A stretch of DNA of 64,000 nucleotides from NCBI GenBank assembly GCA_963762145.1, contig CAVXJS010000010.1, positions 160,001-224,000 of the forward strand, read 5' to 3'. The position numbers and the translations under genes were made by a program. Positions 61,716 to 64,000 of the stretch are shown here, in pieces; position 1 is the stretch's first letter, and the number at the start of each line of letters is the position of its first letter. The DNA is from an uncultured Candidatus Rokubacteria bacterium (GTDB taxonomy: Bacteria > Methylomirabilota > Methylomirabilia > Rokubacteriales > CSP1-6). Under the pieces are notes generated by a model. The model saw nothing but the letters and a program-made list of their open reading frames with translations, was not told the origin of the DNA and did not search any database.

Positions 61716-62477
61716 CTAGATGACCAGCTCCCGCGCGACGCCGCGCATGTCCATCTCGTAGTCGAGGCCCTGGATCGGCGGGCGGCTCGGGTACCAGTGC
61801 ACGCCGTGGATGGCGGCCGGACCCGCGGGCCCGAGGACCTCGTCGAGCACGAGGGCGTGGATGGGCTGGGCGGTGTAGATGTCGATCGCGGTGACGCGGC
61901 GGAAGTCGCCGCCCAGCGTGCGCAGCCGATCCTGCATGATCGCCATCACGAAGCGCGCCTTCTCGCGCATGCCGTCGGGCGACGTGTCGCCGTGGCGCAC
62001 GATACCCTCCGGGCCCTGGGCGCGGTCCCGGAGCTCGCCCGCGCCCGCGACAATGAAGGTAGGCCCGGGAAAGGCGGGCGCGGGGGTGGCGCCGGGCTGC
62101 GTGTAGGAGAAGGCGTAGAGCGCCGGCTCCGAGGGGGCGGCCGCGACCGGGGCCACGTTGGTCCGCGGGATCGGGTTGTCCTCGCCGACCAGGATGTCCC
62201 ACTCGGCCAGGAGCTTGCGGTAGCCCTCGTTGAAGCCGGCGAAGCCGTCGAAGGTGAAGGGGGCGGGGCTCCGGAGCTCGATGCCGCAGAGCGCGGTCCT
62301 CGGGCGCTTCACCTCGCGCAGGTGCCGCTCGATGCGCGCGAAGCCGTCGCGCCAGGGCTGAGGCGCAGCGAGCGTCACGTGCACGATCTCGTGGCCCGGC
62401 CGGGCCACCGTCCCGCAGGAGAAGGCGCTGATGCCGGGCATGTAACGATAGTCGCCGGTCGGATGGTCACGGAGCAT
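61716..62477 (-). CDS. CnbZ-like (2-amino-5-chloromuconate deaminase) / RidA-fold protein
   Basis: G.YR..PG...FS.G, LCGIELRSPAPFTF.GF..FN, NPIPRTNVAP, RPPI.GLDYEMD.RG. Confidence 0.75.
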   Translation of the reverse strand: MLRDHPTGDYRYMPGISAFSCGTVARPGHEIVHVTLAAPQPWRDGFARIERHLREVKRPRTALCGIELRSPAPFTFDGFAGFNEGYRKLLAEWDILVGEDNPIPRTNVAPVAAAPSEPALYAFSYTQPGATPAPAFPGPTFIVAGAGELRDRAQGPEGIVRHGDTSPDGMREKARFVMAIMQDRLRTLGGDFRRVTAIDIYTAQPIHALVLDEVLGPAGPAAIHGVHWYPSRPPIQGLDYEMDMRGVARELVI

Positions 62478-63669
62478 GGGGTCGCCTCTCGATCAAGAAG
62501 TTGCCGGCCTCGAAGGAAACCGGCGGGGCCGCGGGGTCGAAGCTCACGCCGATCGGATCGCGGCCTTCGGCGAGGGCGTCGAGCTGCTGCCGGAGCTGGC
62601 GGCGCACCAGCGCCACCCCGCGGTCGCTCGACACCAGGTTCTCCTCGGAGTGCAGGGTGATCGGCCCCTGGCCGACCTGCGCCTCGTAGTCGCCGGGGAA
62701 GTCGCGGTGCTCGGCCGGGGTCAGCTCCTCCCAGAGCTTGCCGTTGAGCCGCGAGCGCACGCTCGTGATCTCGCCGGGCGTGCGCACGCGGCCCGCGGTG
62801 TAGATTCGGAAGCTCGTGTCGTCGAGCGGCAGCACCCAGCCGATGGTCTCCACGCGCGCGTACTGCGCCACGCGCGGGTTGGGGATGACGCGCAGGGTCG
62901 GCAGGACCGCCTCGCTGATCCGGTGCAGCACGGTGCCGTCGGGCAGGCGCCGGTCGGACGTCGCCTTCACGCCCCGGTCGGTCGGCTCCCAGGTCACCTC
63001 CGGCATCAGGCCCATCGGCGCGGTGAACTGCGGGCCGCTGAAGGAGCCGTGCAGGATCGGCACGTGGAGCGTGTCCATCAGGTTCTCGTAGTGCTGGAGC
63101 CAGTTGCAGGGGATGATCGCGGGCCCGCCGCCGCCCACGCTGCTGTCGTCGGCCTCGAGGCGCTCGCCCGGATCGAGCGCCTCGAGCACTTCGTAGCGCG
63201 GGAGCACCGGCTTGCGCGCGGGCGGGCCCATGTACGCGAAGATCAGGCCGTAGCGCTCCTGCACCGGGTACCAGGGCTGGCGCATGCGCTCGCGCTGCCG
63301 GCCGCCGTCGGGCTCGCACGGCTGCTCGAGGCAGTGGCCCTCCACGTCGAAGAGCCAGCCGTGGTAGCAGCAGCGGATGCCCCGCTCCTCCACGCGTCCG
63401 TAGTGGAGCGTGGTGCCGCGATGCGCGCAGCGCGCGGTCACGAGGCCCGGGCGGCCGCGCCGGTCGCGGAAGAGCACGAGATCCTCGCCCAGCACCCGCA
63501 GGGCCCGCGGCGTGTCGCCCGCGTCGCCGGTCAGGCCCACCGGGTGCCAGTAGCGGCGCAGCAGCTCGCCCATCGGCGTGCCCGCGCCGACCAGGGTCAG
63601 CTCGCGCAGGAAGCTCGGCCGGGGCCGTCCGTAGCCGGTGCCGGTATCCGGCTCGCCGGTCGCGCTCAC
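62467..63669 (-). CDS. Rieske oxygenase alpha subunit (phthalate dioxygenase-like)
   Basis: CAHR...CCYHGWLFD, NWLQHYEN.MD..HV..LH, D..AQ.GQG. Confidence 0.9.
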   Translation of the reverse strand: MSATGEPDTGTGYGRPRPSFLRELTLVGAGTPMGELLRRYWHPVGLTGDAGDTPRALRVLGEDLVLFRDRRGRPGLVTARCAHRGTTLHYGRVEERGIRCCYHGWLFDVEGHCLEQPCEPDGGRQRERMRQPWYPVQERYGLIFAYMGPPARKPVLPRYEVLEALDPGERLEADDSSVGGGGPAIIPCNWLQHYENLMDTLHVPILHGSFSGPQFTAPMGLMPEVTWEPTDRGVKATSDRRLPDGTVLHRISEAVLPTLRVIPNPRVAQYARVETIGWVLPLDDTSFRIYTAGRVRTPGEITSVRSRLNGKLWEELTPAEHRDFPGDYEAQVGQGPITLHSEENLVSSDRGVALVRRQLRQQLDALAEGRDPIGVSFDPAAPPVSFEAGNFLIERRPHAP

Positions 63670-64000
63670 GGAGATCCGCCGCCCCCGTCGGTCCCGTCCG
63701 CGGGCGCGCTCGAGCGCCGCAGATCCAGGGTGTCCACCCCGCTGGTGTCGAGGCCCTCGAGCGGGGTGAGCCGGGTGATGCGCGTCATGTGGCTGATCAT
63801 GTCCGCGATGCGCTGGACCGCGCGCTGCGTGTGCTCGAAGTGGCGGTCGAGCTCCGGGCGGACGCCGAGCTTGTCCGCGAGGAGCTGGACATTGCCGCGG
63901 ATCACGGTCAGCGGATTGTTGATCTCGTGCGCCGCCGCGTTGGCCACCTTGGTCACCGCCCGGAGGTTCTGGGCGTCGCGCTCGGCCGCCTCGCGGCGCT
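63666..64000 (-). CDS. Signal-transduction protein ending in a HisKA (DHp) domain; 5' part lies outside the window
   Basis: AAAHEINNPLTVI H-box; no HATPase domain before the stop. Confidence 0.75.
   Translation of the reverse strand, partial: RREAAERDAQNLRAVTKVANAAAHEINNPLTVIRGNVQLLADKLGVRPELDRHFEHTQRAVQRIADMISHMTRITRLTPLEGLDTSGVDTLDLRRSSAPADGTDGGGGSP

Overview
High-GC bacterial window. Gene content and style suggest a soil organism such as Ca. Rokubacteria/Methylomirabilota; this is inference only. Left end: a small mobile-looking cluster of Uma2 endonuclease, a FitAB/VapBC toxin-antitoxin pair, a XerC/D-like tyrosine recombinase and an intact IS481-family element with 27-bp imperfect TIRs and an 8-bp target duplication. 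Related short sites punctuate this cluster. The rest is mostly catabolism and transport: two convergent LLM + cyclic amidohydrolase + nitrilase-family sets around a peptide-type ABC importer, HyuA/ThDP-enzyme/HyuB, TauD, a CoA-transferase, a CoxL-like protein, a sulfatase, two Rieske oxygenases and PutA. Small stress or hypothetical genes are interspersed. No rRNA, tRNA or CRISPR array was seen. Three non-coding signals stand out. (1) About 15 copies of a 35-bp boxC-like palindromic element; one sits in frame inside the recombinase, several have tandem tail amplifications, and the flanks show an apparent strand-specific G/T-rich halo. (2) About 10 sigma-54 (-24/-12) promoters in front of small, secreted or stress genes, several with a shared upstream GTAR-N3-YTAC palindrome. 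(3) Exact 19-bp direct repeats bracketing two different ~0.8-1.2 kb two-gene cassettes. Many single-base frameshifts in otherwise intact genes probably reflect assembly errors.
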